Below, piece by piece: positions 48,359-59,070 of a stretch of 64,000 nucleotides of DNA; position 1 is the stretch's first letter; every line of letters begins with the position of its first letter. Position numbers and translations under genes: made by a program. The stretch spans positions 182,151 through 246,150 of the forward strand of contig JAVZXS010000002.1 of assembly GCA_038886535.1 (NCBI GenBank), in the 5' to 3' direction. Under the pieces are notes generated by a model. That model ran no database searches. It saw nothing but the letters and a program-made list of their open reading frames with translations, and was not told where the DNA came from. The DNA is from Candidatus Micrarchaeia archaeon (lineage in GTDB: Archaea > Micrarchaeota > Micrarchaeia > CABMEP01).

Positions 48359-50290
48359 ATGAAGGCAAAATTACCAGACGGCTCTTCTTTAGAGTTTAAG
48401 AGCGGAGAAACTGGGTTTGATTTAGCAAATAAGATAGGCAAAAAATTAGCTAATGATGCAGTTGCTTGCGTAGTCAACGGAAGGATTGTTGATCTTTCAT
48501 ATCCTTTGACAGAAGACTGTGAATTCAAAATTCTTACATTCAAAGATAAGGAAGGAAAAGAGGTATTTTGGCATAGCGCAAGCCATGTAATGGCAAAAGC
48601 GGTTAAGAGATTGTTTCCAGATGCAAGGCTCGCAATAGGTCCTGCAATAGAGGAAGGGTTCTACTATGATTTTGATTTAGATCACAGATTTACTCCTGAA
48701 GACTTCAAGCTTATTGAAGAGGAGTTCAAAAGAATAGTGGAAAAGAATGAGCCATTTCAAAGAAAAGAGATTTCAATAGCAGAAGCAAAGAAAATATTTG
48801 CTGAAAGAAAAGAGAAATACAAGCTGGAGATGATAGAGGAATTGGAACAGCTAGGTGAACAGACAGTTTCGGTTTATTACACAGACAGTGATTTTGTTGA
48901 TTTATGCAGAGGACCTCATCTTCCTTCAACTGGTAAGATAAAGGCATTTAAGATAATGAAGAATGCAGGTGCTTACTGGAGAGGAGATTCAAAAAACAAG
49001 ATGCTTCAAAGACTTTATGCAGTTGCCTACCCTGAGCAAAAGATGCTCGATGAATATTTGAAATTCTTAGAGGAGGCAGAAAAAAGAGACCATAGAAAGT
49101 TAGGAAGAGAACTAGGCATTTTCATGACTCATGATTATGCATTGGCAGGAAGTCCATTCTTCTTGAAAGGAGGAGTTGTTATATACAATGAATTGCAGAA
49201 ATTTTTAAGAGAAGAATATTTGAAAAGAAATTACAATGAAGTTATAACACCACAGGTTTTCAAGAAAGTTCTTTGGGAGACATCCGGGCATTGGCAACAC
49301 TACAGACAGAATATGTTTTCATTTGAGATAAATGGAGAGGAGTATGCATTGAAGGCAATGAACTGTCCTTCCCATCTTTTAATCTATAATTCTACATCAC
49401 ACAGCTATAAAGATCTGCCATATAGAATTGCAGATTTTGGGCAGCTGCACAGAAACGAACTTGGTGGTGTGCTTGGAGGATTGACAAGAGTAACAAAATT
49501 TGCACAGGATGACGCACACATATTTGTAACTCCAGAACAACTAGAGGACGAGATTTCTGATCTTCTTGCTTTTATAAAATATATCTATGGAGATCTTTTC
49601 GGATTCAAATACAGAATGAAGCTTTCAACAAAGCCTGAAGGTGCAATGGGAGATCCTAAGCTTTGGGAGAAAGCAGAAGATGCATTAGCAAATGCATTGA
49701 AAAGGAATGGAATTGATTATATAATCAATCCTGGAGATGGAGCGTTTTACGGTCCTAAGATTGACGTTGACATCTCTGATGCATTAAATAGGCCATGGCA
49801 GTGCGCAACAATACAGCTTGATTTCCAGATGCCATTGAGATTCAATGCAACATATGTGGATAAGGACGGAACTAGAAAGCCAGTCATAATGGTTCACAGA
49901 GCAATATTAGGGAGTATGGAAAGATTCATTGGAATATTGATTGAGCATTATGCTGGGAAGTTTCCAACATGGCTTTCCCCAGTTCAGGTAATTCTTCTTC
50001 CTTTGACAGATGATCAAGTTGAACACTGCAAAGAACTTGATAAAAGAATGCGAGAGATGGGAATAAGATCTGAAGTGGATGCAAGAAATGAAAAACTTGA
50101 GGCAAGAATAAGAGATGCACAATTGAGAAAGATTCCTTATATACTTACAGTAGGAAAGAGAGAAATGGCTGCAGGTACTTTGTCCGTAAGAAAAAGAACA
50201 GGAGAGGTTTCATCCTTGCAAGTAGAGGAGTTCATAAAAAGAATAAAAGAAGAAATAGCAAGCAGATCAAAGGAGCTTAAGGTAATCTGA
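48359..50290 (+). CDS. thrS: Threonyl-tRNA synthetase, bacterial type (TGS plus editing domain)
   Basis: LPDGS TGS domain, WHSASH, DLCRGPH, RDHRKLG, MNCP, HRAILGS.ERF; start reassigned to ATG 48359. Confidence 0.96.
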   Translation: MKAKLPDGSSLEFKSGETGFDLANKIGKKLANDAVACVVNGRIVDLSYPLTEDCEFKILTFKDKEGKEVFWHSASHVMAKAVKRLFPDARLAIGPAIEEGFYYDFDLDHRFTPEDFKLIEEEFKRIVEKNEPFQRKEISIAEAKKIFAERKEKYKLEMIEELEQLGEQTVSVYYTDSDFVDLCRGPHLPSTGKIKAFKIMKNAGAYWRGDSKNKMLQRLYAVAYPEQKMLDEYLKFLEEAEKRDHRKLGRELGIFMTHDYALAGSPFFLKGGVVIYNELQKFLREEYLKRNYNEVITPQVFKKVLWETSGHWQHYRQNMFSFEINGEEYALKAMNCPSHLLIYNSTSHSYKDLPYRIADFGQLHRNELGGVLGGLTRVTKFAQDDAHIFVTPEQLEDEISDLLAFIKYIYGDLFGFKYRMKLSTKPEGAMGDPKLWEKAEDALANALKRNGIDYIINPGDGAFYGPKIDVDISDALNRPWQCATIQLDFQMPLRFNATYVDKDGTRKPVIMVHRAILGSMERFIGILIEHYAGKFPTWLSPVQVILLPLTDDQVEHCKELDKRMREMGIRSEVDARNEKLEARIRDAQLRKIPYILTVGKREMAAGTLSVRKRTGEVSSLQVEEFIKRIKEEIASRSKELKVI

Positions 50291-50336
50291 TTTTTCTGTT
50301 TTTAGATTTTTGACTGTTAGCTCTTTTATCATGAAT

Positions 50337-51245
50337 TTACTTTTTCTCTTTGTTTTCTATCATTGGATAGATAAAGCTGAATGCAATTAAGATTATTCCT
50401 GCTCCAACTATCATTAATCCTTGTGTCAATATGCTTCCAAATATCGGAGAGAGAAAGTCAATTATGTTTGTCATTGTTATCAGCTGTTGAGAAGATGTCA
50501 CTCCTGTTCCGGATACTGCATCTTTCACAAGGTTGGGCAAGAGGAAAGATCCGGCTGATATTAATATTCCAGTTATCAGTAAAGGCCAGCCAAGAGTTTT
50601 TGCAAAGTCTTTCAAGTTAAGAGTAAGTATGAATATAATCACTACTATTGCCAAAATCCCAATGAATAACTGAGAAACCATGCTCTTAAACATCAGTACA
50701 TTACTTTTTAGATCAGAAAGCGCTTGTTTTGTTCCAGGTGCAAACTGTTCAACATCGATCGGATCTGGTATTGACTTTACTATATCCAGTTCATTTGCTA
50801 AGCTGGTTGCAGCTGATTGAGACAATCCTATCTTATCTACAATCAAGTTAGCAATTCCTTCCGCTATTTTAGGCTTTAGAGATATTGAAAGGTTGACGCC
50901 TTTTGTTTCATCATTAAGATACCACATTAAATTCCTTATATTCCTATCCACTTCTCCCTTCACCCATTCTTTAGTTATAGATTTTGACATTGCATTCTTT
51001 AGATCTGTTTCAGTTATTCCATAAGCAGCTAATTGACTTGCTGGAATCTGTGAAGATATCATGTTCAGCAATCCATTTTGTATTTTTATGTACATTCCTG
51101 TCTTTTCAAACTGAGTCTCATAATACTTTTGATCAAGAAGATTAGATTGAATTGCATTCATTACAATATACGATGGCAATGCAGCCATTAGAATAAGTAC
51201 AAGTATTCCAATCACAAATCCCTTAAGCAGATCAATTATACCCAT
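50337..51245 (-). CDS. Hypothetical membrane protein
   Basis: One N-terminal and three C-terminal hydrophobic helices around a soluble helical domain. Confidence 0.7.
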   Translation of the reverse strand: MGIIDLLKGFVIGILVLILMAALPSYIVMNAIQSNLLDQKYYETQFEKTGMYIKIQNGLLNMISSQIPASQLAAYGITETDLKNAMSKSITKEWVKGEVDRNIRNLMWYLNDETKGVNLSISLKPKIAEGIANLIVDKIGLSQSAATSLANELDIVKSIPDPIDVEQFAPGTKQALSDLKSNVLMFKSMVSQLFIGILAIVVIIFILTLNLKDFAKTLGWPLLITGILISAGSFLLPNLVKDAVSGTGVTSSQQLITMTNIIDFLSPIFGSILTQGLMIVGAGIILIAFSFIYPMIENKEKK

Positions 51246-51323
51246 ATATTCACCTATAATTTATTGAACATCAAATCTGATTGTTGATCTAAATTTATAT
51301 AGTTTTCTCTTATATATTCAATC

Positions 51324-54300
51324 ATGGTTGAGGAAGATACTAAGAAGGAAGTTCTTGATGCAGATGCATATTATGAAAAAGGAAACTATTACTACGAACA
51401 AGGAGATTATGATAGAGCTATAGAAAATTACAACATGGCTATAATTCTTAATCCTAGATTTTTAGAGTGCTATTTTAACAGGGCTTTATGTTATTATAAT
51501 AAAAAGAATTATGACAAGGCAATAGAAGATTACACTAAAGCTATAGAGATTGATCCAGATAATCCAATGATATATAACAACAGGGGAGATGCATATTATA
51601 GGAAACAAGATTTCGAAAAGGCGATAGCAGATTATAATAAGGCTATAAGCTTAAACCCAGAGTACTTAAAAGCATATTATAACAGGGGATTGGCATACGC
51701 ATCAATGCAGGACTATGAAAGCGGAGTAGAGAACTTTACTAAGGTTATAGAGCTTGATCCTAATTTTGTAGAGGCATATAATGCAAGAGGATTGGCCTAT
51801 GAATTTCTTGAGAAATATGATGAAGCAATCGCAGATTATCAGAAGGCATTAGAGATAAACCCTAATTTCACAGAGGCACAAGAGCACTTGGCAGCAGCAC
51901 AGAAAAAGAAATCAGAAAAAGAAGCATCCAGTGGCGAAGGTGTTTCAGCTGTCAAATTCATGGCAAAGCCAAAAGTGACTTTCAAGGACGTAGTGGGAAT
52001 GGATCAGGTAAAAGAACTAATCAGAGAGTACATAGTTTATCCACTGAAAGATCCTGAGCTTGCAAGGAAATATGGAAAGTTTGGTGGAGGTGGAGTTCTT
52101 TTCTATGGACCACCCGGATGTGGTAAGTGTGTTTCTCCAGACACACCAATTCAGTTATCAAACGGTCAGATTCTCTCAATTGAAGAGATTTATAACATTG
52201 CAAGAGGGAATGGGAAAGAAATAAAGTTAGGAGAGGAAGAGATAGTAGAAAATCCTTCAGTTAAGGTATTATCCTTAAATCCAACCACTCTAAAGATAGA
52301 AGAGAAAAATGTGTTATTTGCATACAAGCAGAGATATAAAGGAAAGATGTATGAGATAATAACTCGCTCTGGCAGAAAGATATCTGTAACCCCAGAACAT
52401 CCTTTCTTCTCTGTTGACAATGGAGTAGTAAAGATAAAAGCAAAGGATCTCTCTGTTGGTTCCTACATTGCAACCCCAAGGGAATTAACCGTGCAGCCGG
52501 TTCCTTTGATTGCAAATGAATCTCAAGACATGTTCCTTCCAATTTCTATATTCAGAATACAGAATTCAAGGTTGGATAGCGTTTCAAATCAAACGAATGT
52601 TAGATTGAGATATAAAGCTTATAGAAGGCCTGCAAAAGAATTCAATCAGATAAATTATGTGGATCAGGATGTTGCTGAATTATTCGGTTATCTTCTTTCT
52701 GAAGGCTCTTCAAATGGAGGCACAATATTCTTTTTCAATTCAGATAAAAACCTAGTTGACAGAGTAGAGCATCTCTCCTCTAAGGTTTTTGGAATAAAGC
52801 CACGCATAAAACCGGACAGATCTCAAAATGTATTAAGGTTAGAAATATCATCAACAGGACTAATAAAATATCTAGAGCAAACTCACGGATTCAAGCTTAT
52901 AGGTTCTAGAAATACAAAGGTACCAATAAGCATAATTACGGCTAAAAATAAAATAGTGGCAGAGTTTCTTTCTGCTGTTTTTGAAAGCGAAGCAAACATT
53001 CGTAAGGATGTTCCAGAAATCGAATTCACAACTGCAAGCAAGGTATTTGCAAATCAGATATCATATTTGCTTTTAAGATTCGGAATAATCGGAAGAATCA
53101 AAGAGAAATCAGTTAGAGGATATGATCATACCTATTATAGAATCTATGTGACAGGCCATAATCAACTAAAATTATTTGAAGAAACAATAGGCTTCAAGAG
53201 CGAAAGAAAAAGAAAGCTATTAAGAAAGTGGACTTCTAACCAAGTTAAAGAAAATACAAACGTAGATGTAATACCAAATATCAGCAATCTGTTAATGAAA
53301 GCAAGAGAAGGGCTTGGAATGAACAAAGAACAATTCTATGACACAAGCTCAAAACATGGAAAGGCATATGAATCATCTAAGCATCTTAGCAGGAATCTTC
53401 TTGCGAGATTAATTTCAGATAAGAGAGAAACAAATGAAATTAAAAAACTAAGATTACTTGCTGATTCTTCTGTGCTATGGGACGAAGTTGTAAAGATAAG
53501 AGAATTCGACTATGACGGATTCGTTTATGATCTTACAGTGGAAGACAATCATAATTTCATAGCTGGTTTTGGAGGGGTAGTGGTACATAATACATTTATC
53601 ATGAAGGCGGCAGCAGGAGAGGTAGGTGCAAACTTCCTTAATGTGAAATTAAGCGATGTTCTTGATATGTATGTCGGTAACACTGAAAAGAACATTAGAA
53701 ATATTTTCGAAGCTGCAAGAAAAGCATCGCCATGCATAATTTTCATAGATGAAATTGATGGGTTAGGTGGAAGAAGAGAACAGATGAAGGAATCAGGTCA
53801 ATACATGAGGATGGCAGTCAACCAATTGCTTTACGAAATGGATGGAGTTGAGGCAAGAAATGAAAATGTATTAGTAGTAGCGGCGACAAACGCGCCATGG
53901 GATGTTGATCCTGCATTAAGAAGAGCTGGACGATTTTCAAAGCTTATTTATGTAGGAGAACCAGATTATGCATCAAGAAAGGCAATGTTTCAATACTATG
54001 CAAAAGGAAGACCTGTTTCTAAAAATGTTGATTGGGATAGATTAGCAAGGGCAACTGAGGGATATTCCTCTTCTGACATTAAGGCAATCAGCGATGATGC
54101 AGCAGCTATTCCATGGATAGAGGCTTTGAAGACAGGAAAACAAAGAGAGATAACAATGAAAGATTATATAGAAGTATTAGATCCATTTGCAGCAGATCCA
54201 ATTAAATACTTAACCGCAGCTAAAAAGCCTAAAGGAAAGAAATCCTCTCTTCCACCATGGTATGAAAGTGCAAAGAAAGAGATAGGCAAGCAGGAAGAAG

Positions 54301-54539
54301 TAGAGACAGTTGATGGAAAAGAGATAAAGAGAATAAAGGAACCAAAAATGCCACCTGGAGAAAGAGAGTATTTCAAAGAATTGATAGATTTAATTGAAAG
54401 TAGGAATAAACCCCACAATAAATTCCTTCTTTGGTTATGGAGAAAAAGCGCTCTTTACCAAGATTATTTAGTTCCATTTGTTATTGCAGGAATAATATAT
54501 TTGCTTTATATTGCATTCCAATCTTCTTTAGGCTTCTAA
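51324..54539 (+). CDS. TPR-repeat AAA+ ATPase (CDC48/Vps4-like module) with intein and C-terminal TM
   Basis: About 5 TPRs; GPPGCGK|intein|T; pore loop MYVG; FIDEID; ALRRAGRF; hydrophobic C-terminal tail. Confidence 0.9.
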   Translation: MVEEDTKKEVLDADAYYEKGNYYYEQGDYDRAIENYNMAIILNPRFLECYFNRALCYYNKKNYDKAIEDYTKAIEIDPDNPMIYNNRGDAYYRKQDFEKAIADYNKAISLNPEYLKAYYNRGLAYASMQDYESGVENFTKVIELDPNFVEAYNARGLAYEFLEKYDEAIADYQKALEINPNFTEAQEHLAAAQKKKSEKEASSGEGVSAVKFMAKPKVTFKDVVGMDQVKELIREYIVYPLKDPELARKYGKFGGGGVLFYGPPGCGKCVSPDTPIQLSNGQILSIEEIYNIARGNGKEIKLGEEEIVENPSVKVLSLNPTTLKIEEKNVLFAYKQRYKGKMYEIITRSGRKISVTPEHPFFSVDNGVVKIKAKDLSVGSYIATPRELTVQPVPLIANESQDMFLPISIFRIQNSRLDSVSNQTNVRLRYKAYRRPAKEFNQINYVDQDVAELFGYLLSEGSSNGGTIFFFNSDKNLVDRVEHLSSKVFGIKPRIKPDRSQNVLRLEISSTGLIKYLEQTHGFKLIGSRNTKVPISIITAKNKIVAEFLSAVFESEANIRKDVPEIEFTTASKVFANQISYLLLRFGIIGRIKEKSVRGYDHTYYRIYVTGHNQLKLFEETIGFKSERKRKLLRKWTSNQVKENTNVDVIPNISNLLMKAREGLGMNKEQFYDTSSKHGKAYESSKHLSRNLLARLISDKRETNEIKKLRLLADSSVLWDEVVKIREFDYDGFVYDLTVEDNHNFIAGFGGVVVHNTFIMKAAAGEVGANFLNVKLSDVLDMYVGNTEKNIRNIFEAARKASPCIIFIDEIDGLGGRREQMKESGQYMRMAVNQLLYEMDGVEARNENVLVVAATNAPWDVDPALRRAGRFSKLIYVGEPDYASRKAMFQYYAKGRPVSKNVDWDRLARATEGYSSSDIKAISDDAAAIPWIEALKTGKQREITMKDYIEVLDPFAADPIKYLTAAKKPKGKKSSLPPWYESAKKEIGKQEEVETVDGKEIKRIKEPKMPPGEREYFKELIDLIESRNKPHNKFLLWLWRKSALYQDYLVPFVIAGIIYLLYIAFQSSLGF
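52128..53591 (+). mobile_element. Intein (488 aa) with LAGLIDADG homing endonuclease in the Walker A motif
   Basis: Starts CVSPDT; block B VTPEHPF; LFGYLLSEG and FLSAVFESEA helices; VYDLTV..HNF; ends VVHN before Thr+1. Confidence 0.95.
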
Positions 54540-54557
54540 TTATTTATCGGTGATTTA

Positions 54558-55745
54558 ATGATTTATATAAATTATTCTAATTCCATTCCTATAGATTTAA
54601 AGAATTATGAAATAGTAGAAAGGAAAGGACTGGGCCATCCAGACACTCTAACTGATGGGATAATAGAAGAAATAAGTAGGCAACTTTCCATAGAATATTT
54701 AAACCATTTTGGAAAGATAATTCATCACAATGTAGACAAAGCTATGATAACTGGAGGAGCTACACACGTTGAATTCGGAGGTGGCCATTTCTTAAAACCT
54801 ATCGACATAACATTAAGTGGTCGAGCCACCTCTCAAATAGGAAACACTGTAATTCCAGTTACTCAAATAGCAATAAAAGCAACGCACCAATATCTAAAGA
54901 AGGTGGCCAGAAACCTTGGCGAATATGATTTTACAATCGAATCAAAGATTTCGCAAGGTTCTCGTTCATTAACATCTTTAGTGGAGCCAAAAATGCCAAG
55001 ATGCAATGATACCTCCATTTGTGTAGGTTATGCTCCTCTTTCAGTTTTAGAAAGAACTGTCCTCCAAACTGAAAAGGAATTGAATTCTAAATCATTTAAA
55101 TCAAAATATCCAGAAGTGGGAGAAGACATTAAAATTATGGGTTGCAGGATTAAGTCAAAAAAAGAGAATATCATCGAGCTAACAATTGCAGCTGCCTTTG
55201 TTTCTAAATACGTTTCTTCATTAGGCGATTACAATTCAAAGAAAGAAAGACTAAAGGAAAATGCCAAGAAAATAGCAGAAAGAATTGCAGGAAGTGATTA
55301 TGAGGTAATAGTAAATGTGAACACTGCTGATAAGGGAGATAACGTTTATCTCACTGTTTCAGGATTGAGTTGCGAGATGGGTGATGATGGAAGTGCAGGG
55401 AGAGGAAATAGAGCGAATGGTTTAATCTCTCCAACTAGAATAATGACTATGGAGGCAGTTGCAGGAAAGAATCCAGTGAGCCACATAGGAAAGATCTATT
55501 CTGTTCTTGCAAATAGAATTGCAAAAGATATATGTGAACTTGGTGCAATTGAGTGTAACGTTTATTTGCAATCAAAAATAGGCAACCCTATAAATAAGCC
55601 TGCAGCAGCAATTGCTGATATATTATGGGATAAAGAGAAAATAAAGGAAAATGAAAATAAAATAAATTCAATATTCAAAGAGCATCTAGATTCTATTCCT
55701 GAATTAACATTGGAATTTGTCAAAAGAAATGTTTTTGAACTTTAA
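54558..55745 (+). CDS. mat: Archaeal S-adenosylmethionine synthetase
   Basis: [46 protein letters not shown]. Confidence 0.95.
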   Translation: MIYINYSNSIPIDLKNYEIVERKGLGHPDTLTDGIIEEISRQLSIEYLNHFGKIIHHNVDKAMITGGATHVEFGGGHFLKPIDITLSGRATSQIGNTVIPVTQIAIKATHQYLKKVARNLGEYDFTIESKISQGSRSLTSLVEPKMPRCNDTSICVGYAPLSVLERTVLQTEKELNSKSFKSKYPEVGEDIKIMGCRIKSKKENIIELTIAAAFVSKYVSSLGDYNSKKERLKENAKKIAERIAGSDYEVIVNVNTADKGDNVYLTVSGLSCEMGDDGSAGRGNRANGLISPTRIMTMEAVAGKNPVSHIGKIYSVLANRIAKDICELGAIECNVYLQSKIGNPINKPAAAIADILWDKEKIKENENKINSIFKEHLDSIPELTLEFVKRNVFEL

Positions 55746-55826
55746 TGTGTGCTTGCCCTGTTGATAAGAATTAGCAGAATTAAGATTTAATCACGAAACA
55801 TTCCTTTATTTTTAAGGTGATAGAAA

Positions 55827-56567
55827 ATGAGTGATGAAGAGATTCATAAAATTAAGCAAATGAACGAGCATGAAATTCATAAAAGAGCAGGTAGGTTGAC
55901 AGTTTTTACAGGACCTATGCGCTCAAAGAAGACAGCGCTTTTAATAGAAGAGATATGGCAGTCAGAATATATGGGACTTAAAACAAAAGCTTTTTTACAT
56001 CGTCTTTCTCGTAGTGATCAAATCCAAAGTAGGATGAGTCTTAAGACATACAACGCTATAAAAATAGAAAATGCATTTGAGATATTTAAATACATTGAAT
56101 TAGATACGCAAGTTATAGCTATTGACGAGGCACAATTTTTCGGAAATGAAATTTTAACAACTGTAAAAATATTGATAAATGGCGGAAAAGATATCTTTGT
56201 CTCAGGTTTAGATTTAAACTGGAAAGGAGAACCATTCGGCCCAATGGGTGGCTTGATGGCAATGGCGGACGAGGTTATAAAATCAAAGACAGTATGCAGC
56301 ATTCCAGGTTGCCAACTTGCAAGATATGCCACAAAAACAGGATTCAATAAATTTGATTTAAATCGTAGTCAATTAGATACCACTAATGCTCCAGATATTT
56401 TTGTAGGTGATGAAAATATAGAGAGCAAGGTATATCCTACAAGATGTAACCTTCATTGGCATTATATTTTATCAAATGAAGAAAAAGAAACTATAGATGG
56501 GTTAAGTGAAGAGATAAAATCTATGATAAGAATGATAGATAAAAAAATATCAAAAATTTATGAATAA
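55827..56567 (+). CDS. tdk: Thymidine kinase (TK1 family), divergent
   Basis: TGPMRSKKT, IDEAQFF, SGLDL..KGEPFG, C....C Zn-site remnant. Confidence 0.85.
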   Translation: MSDEEIHKIKQMNEHEIHKRAGRLTVFTGPMRSKKTALLIEEIWQSEYMGLKTKAFLHRLSRSDQIQSRMSLKTYNAIKIENAFEIFKYIELDTQVIAIDEAQFFGNEILTTVKILINGGKDIFVSGLDLNWKGEPFGPMGGLMAMADEVIKSKTVCSIPGCQLARYATKTGFNKFDLNRSQLDTTNAPDIFVGDENIESKVYPTRCNLHWHYILSNEEKETIDGLSEEIKSMIRMIDKKISKIYE

Positions 56568-56657
56568 CTAATCATTTCTTATTTAATTCAAAATTAAAAT
56601 TGGTGAATTTAATCTTAAAAACAAAAGATTTATATATTTCATATATGTTAGAAATTT

Positions 56658-57707
56658 ATGCACAGAAAAGAATATTTGATAAAAATAGAGCCTAGAGGGC
56701 ATGAACCATATCATTTCTATATTAGACAGCCGAAGAAAGAAGAAATAATGTTATTGCCGATTGGAAAATTCATAAAAATAGAAGATGAAAATACTTCTTT
56801 CATAATAAAAAAAGACTACTATAAATTATTTTTAGATGGAAATCATACATTTAAGGGACACATTTCTTTGGCTCCAAGAACAATGAATATAGTTCAATAT
56901 GCAGAAGTTTCTTGCAATAATTGTGAAAAAAACAAAAAAATCAAATATGTTTTCAAGTCTGGAACAAATCAAAGAGTCGAAAAAGAGTTTAATAATTATA
57001 TATCGCTTCATTCGATTTCTTATGGAATTACACTATTCCCAATAGGATGTTTAATAAATAAAATATCTGATTGTCCTTCATCCAGTCTACTTTTTACAAA
57101 ATTAGAATCAGATGTTATCCCGCTTTCTGCTATCGAATTTAATAATCTTGTAAATGAAGATAGATTGAGATACATAAAAATGTCAGCTGAATTGCTTGCT
57201 TTACTACATTACAATGGGTATACACATAATGATGCTAAATTAAAAAACTTTCTTTTAAAGAAAAACGAAGATCGATTATTGATTATAGATTTAGTTAAAA
57301 TGAATTATAGTAGATCTAATCTTATATTGGATATGGAAAGTAAATTAAGTTCCTATAAAATGCAATCAATAAGGTATGATCTTCTTAATTTGCTTGGAAA
57401 CGCATCATATGTTAATATGTTAAGGGAACCAGAAGATATTGTATTTTTTATAAAAAATTATGTTAAAATGCAACATAAATTTTCAGAAGGGGAGATAAGT
57501 AAGTTAAAACCTCATGAAATAAATCATTTTCTAGCTGATCTTATGACAGCTATTTTTCTACATAAAACAGATAAGAATATATTAAATATACTAAAAGTGT
57601 TAAATAAGGAAACACCTAGTGCAGTTCATGATAACGACGTGGATTCAAATCAACTAATGTTTGAATTTATGTTTGATATAAATAAAGGAGGCAAGAAGAT
57701 AAAATAA
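56658..57707 (+). CDS. Protein-kinase-like fold protein (Kdo/RIO-like)
   Basis: VFK...EF, LH..GY.HNDAKLKN catalytic loop, IIDL. Confidence 0.7.
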   Translation: MHRKEYLIKIEPRGHEPYHFYIRQPKKEEIMLLPIGKFIKIEDENTSFIIKKDYYKLFLDGNHTFKGHISLAPRTMNIVQYAEVSCNNCEKNKKIKYVFKSGTNQRVEKEFNNYISLHSISYGITLFPIGCLINKISDCPSSSLLFTKLESDVIPLSAIEFNNLVNEDRLRYIKMSAELLALLHYNGYTHNDAKLKNFLLKKNEDRLLIIDLVKMNYSRSNLILDMESKLSSYKMQSIRYDLLNLLGNASYVNMLREPEDIVFFIKNYVKMQHKFSEGEISKLKPHEINHFLADLMTAIFLHKTDKNILNILKVLNKETPSAVHDNDVDSNQLMFEFMFDINKGGKKIK

Positions 57708-57733
57708 ACAAATCAATTTGGGGTGTAGATTAA

Positions 57734-58819
57734 ATGGAGAATAAATATAATAAGAATATGCAAAATAATCGAAATAAATCTAATCCAATAAACATTGATC
57801 CAAAGTTTGAGGGTTTAATAAAGGAAAATCTTTCTGGTTCTGCTCATGATAGAGTAGTTCATTCATTAGTTGAAGCATTTAATATGAATCCAGTAATAAG
57901 GCAAGAGGCATATGATAGAATAAAGTCGACTGGAAGACTAGCTCTCCCTACCTTATACGCAATAATGCTTGATGACAAAGTATGTACTTATATTTCTGCT
58001 AAATCACTTGGAATTAAAAGAAGAGAAATGGAAATCAAATTGAAAGACAAAGAAATCGAGGATAAGATTAATATAAGAAATATCTGTCTAAGAATAACAG
58101 TACCACCCTTAATCTCAAAAATAGTTTCTAATTTAGATTATGAAGAAAAAAATAGAGCGGTTGAGGTATTCCAAAAAGTTCTGTTAAGGGAAAAAAATCA
58201 AGATGTAATTCATTCTGTTCTTATTTCTTTGGAAAAGGTTGGAGATGCATCTATTATATTAATTCATTTACTAAATGAGATTGCTAAAGATCCAAAATAT
58301 TCTCAAAGGAATAGAAGTCAGGCAATTCTACTAATTGCAAAAGCTGTAGAATTTACAAAAAGTTCTGGAAATTTGCTTATTAATATTATTTCAAATCCCA
58401 ATGAAAATTTTGATGTGGTTAATGGCGCAATATCTGTCCTTACAGATTCAGCAGAATTTTTAAGTAAAGAACAAAGCAATGAAATAGTGAATAGATTAAT
58501 TACACACCCGAAATTTATAGAAGATACAGCTTTTAGAAATAGAAGTATAGAATTATTTTCAGCTTGTGGTAGTAAAGTTCTTGATTATATGTTCTCGCTA
58601 ATACAGGATGAAAATAAACCTTTACAGGTGAGAGAAGCAGCATGCTTTGCTTGCTTTGGTATTGCAAAAAAAGATTACAATTTAGAATATTATATATTAG
58701 ATTCTTTTTCAAAATTAATCGATAAACTTAGACCAGAAACACAAATAACATCATTAGTTGACAATAATTCAAAAATTTACAATTTATTAGTTGATTTAGC
58801 GAAGAAATTAAGCTATTAA
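57734..58819 (+). CDS. HEAT/ARM-repeat protein
   Basis: Repeated helical units (IRQEA, NRSQAI, VREAA). Confidence 0.65.
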   Translation: MENKYNKNMQNNRNKSNPINIDPKFEGLIKENLSGSAHDRVVHSLVEAFNMNPVIRQEAYDRIKSTGRLALPTLYAIMLDDKVCTYISAKSLGIKRREMEIKLKDKEIEDKINIRNICLRITVPPLISKIVSNLDYEEKNRAVEVFQKVLLREKNQDVIHSVLISLEKVGDASIILIHLLNEIAKDPKYSQRNRSQAILLIAKAVEFTKSSGNLLINIISNPNENFDVVNGAISVLTDSAEFLSKEQSNEIVNRLITHPKFIEDTAFRNRSIELFSACGSKVLDYMFSLIQDENKPLQVREAACFACFGIAKKDYNLEYYILDSFSKLIDKLRPETQITSLVDNNSKIYNLLVDLAKKLSY

Positions 58820-58845
58820 GAGATTATATTTAATCTAGTGAAAAA

Positions 58846-59061
58846 ATGAATAAAAAAAAGAGAATAGAAGTGTTTGGGATTATAATTTCAAGCGAGGATA
58901 AAAGAGACATTGGAAGAATAGTGAGTTTAAATCCTAAAAAACTAAAAATGTTAGAGCAAAAATTTGAAGGGAAACGGATTAGACAGAAGTTCCTTAATAC
59001 AGGACATGAAGAAATAATGAAGATGTATAAGAAATTTTATTCTGCAAAGAAATTAAAATGA
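58846..59061 (+). CDS. Small basic hypothetical protein
   Basis: 71-aa ORF co-oriented with the upstream cluster. Confidence 0.45.
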   Translation: MNKKKRIEVFGIIISSEDKRDIGRIVSLNPKKLKMLEQKFEGKRIRQKFLNTGHEEIMKMYKKFYSAKKLK

Positions 59062-59070
59062 GATTTTATT

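Noticed and set aside
48359..50290. Bacterial-type ThrRS as evidence of contamination
   Set aside because: Flanks and composition match the archaeal context, and bacterial-type ThrRS occurs in several archaeal lineages.
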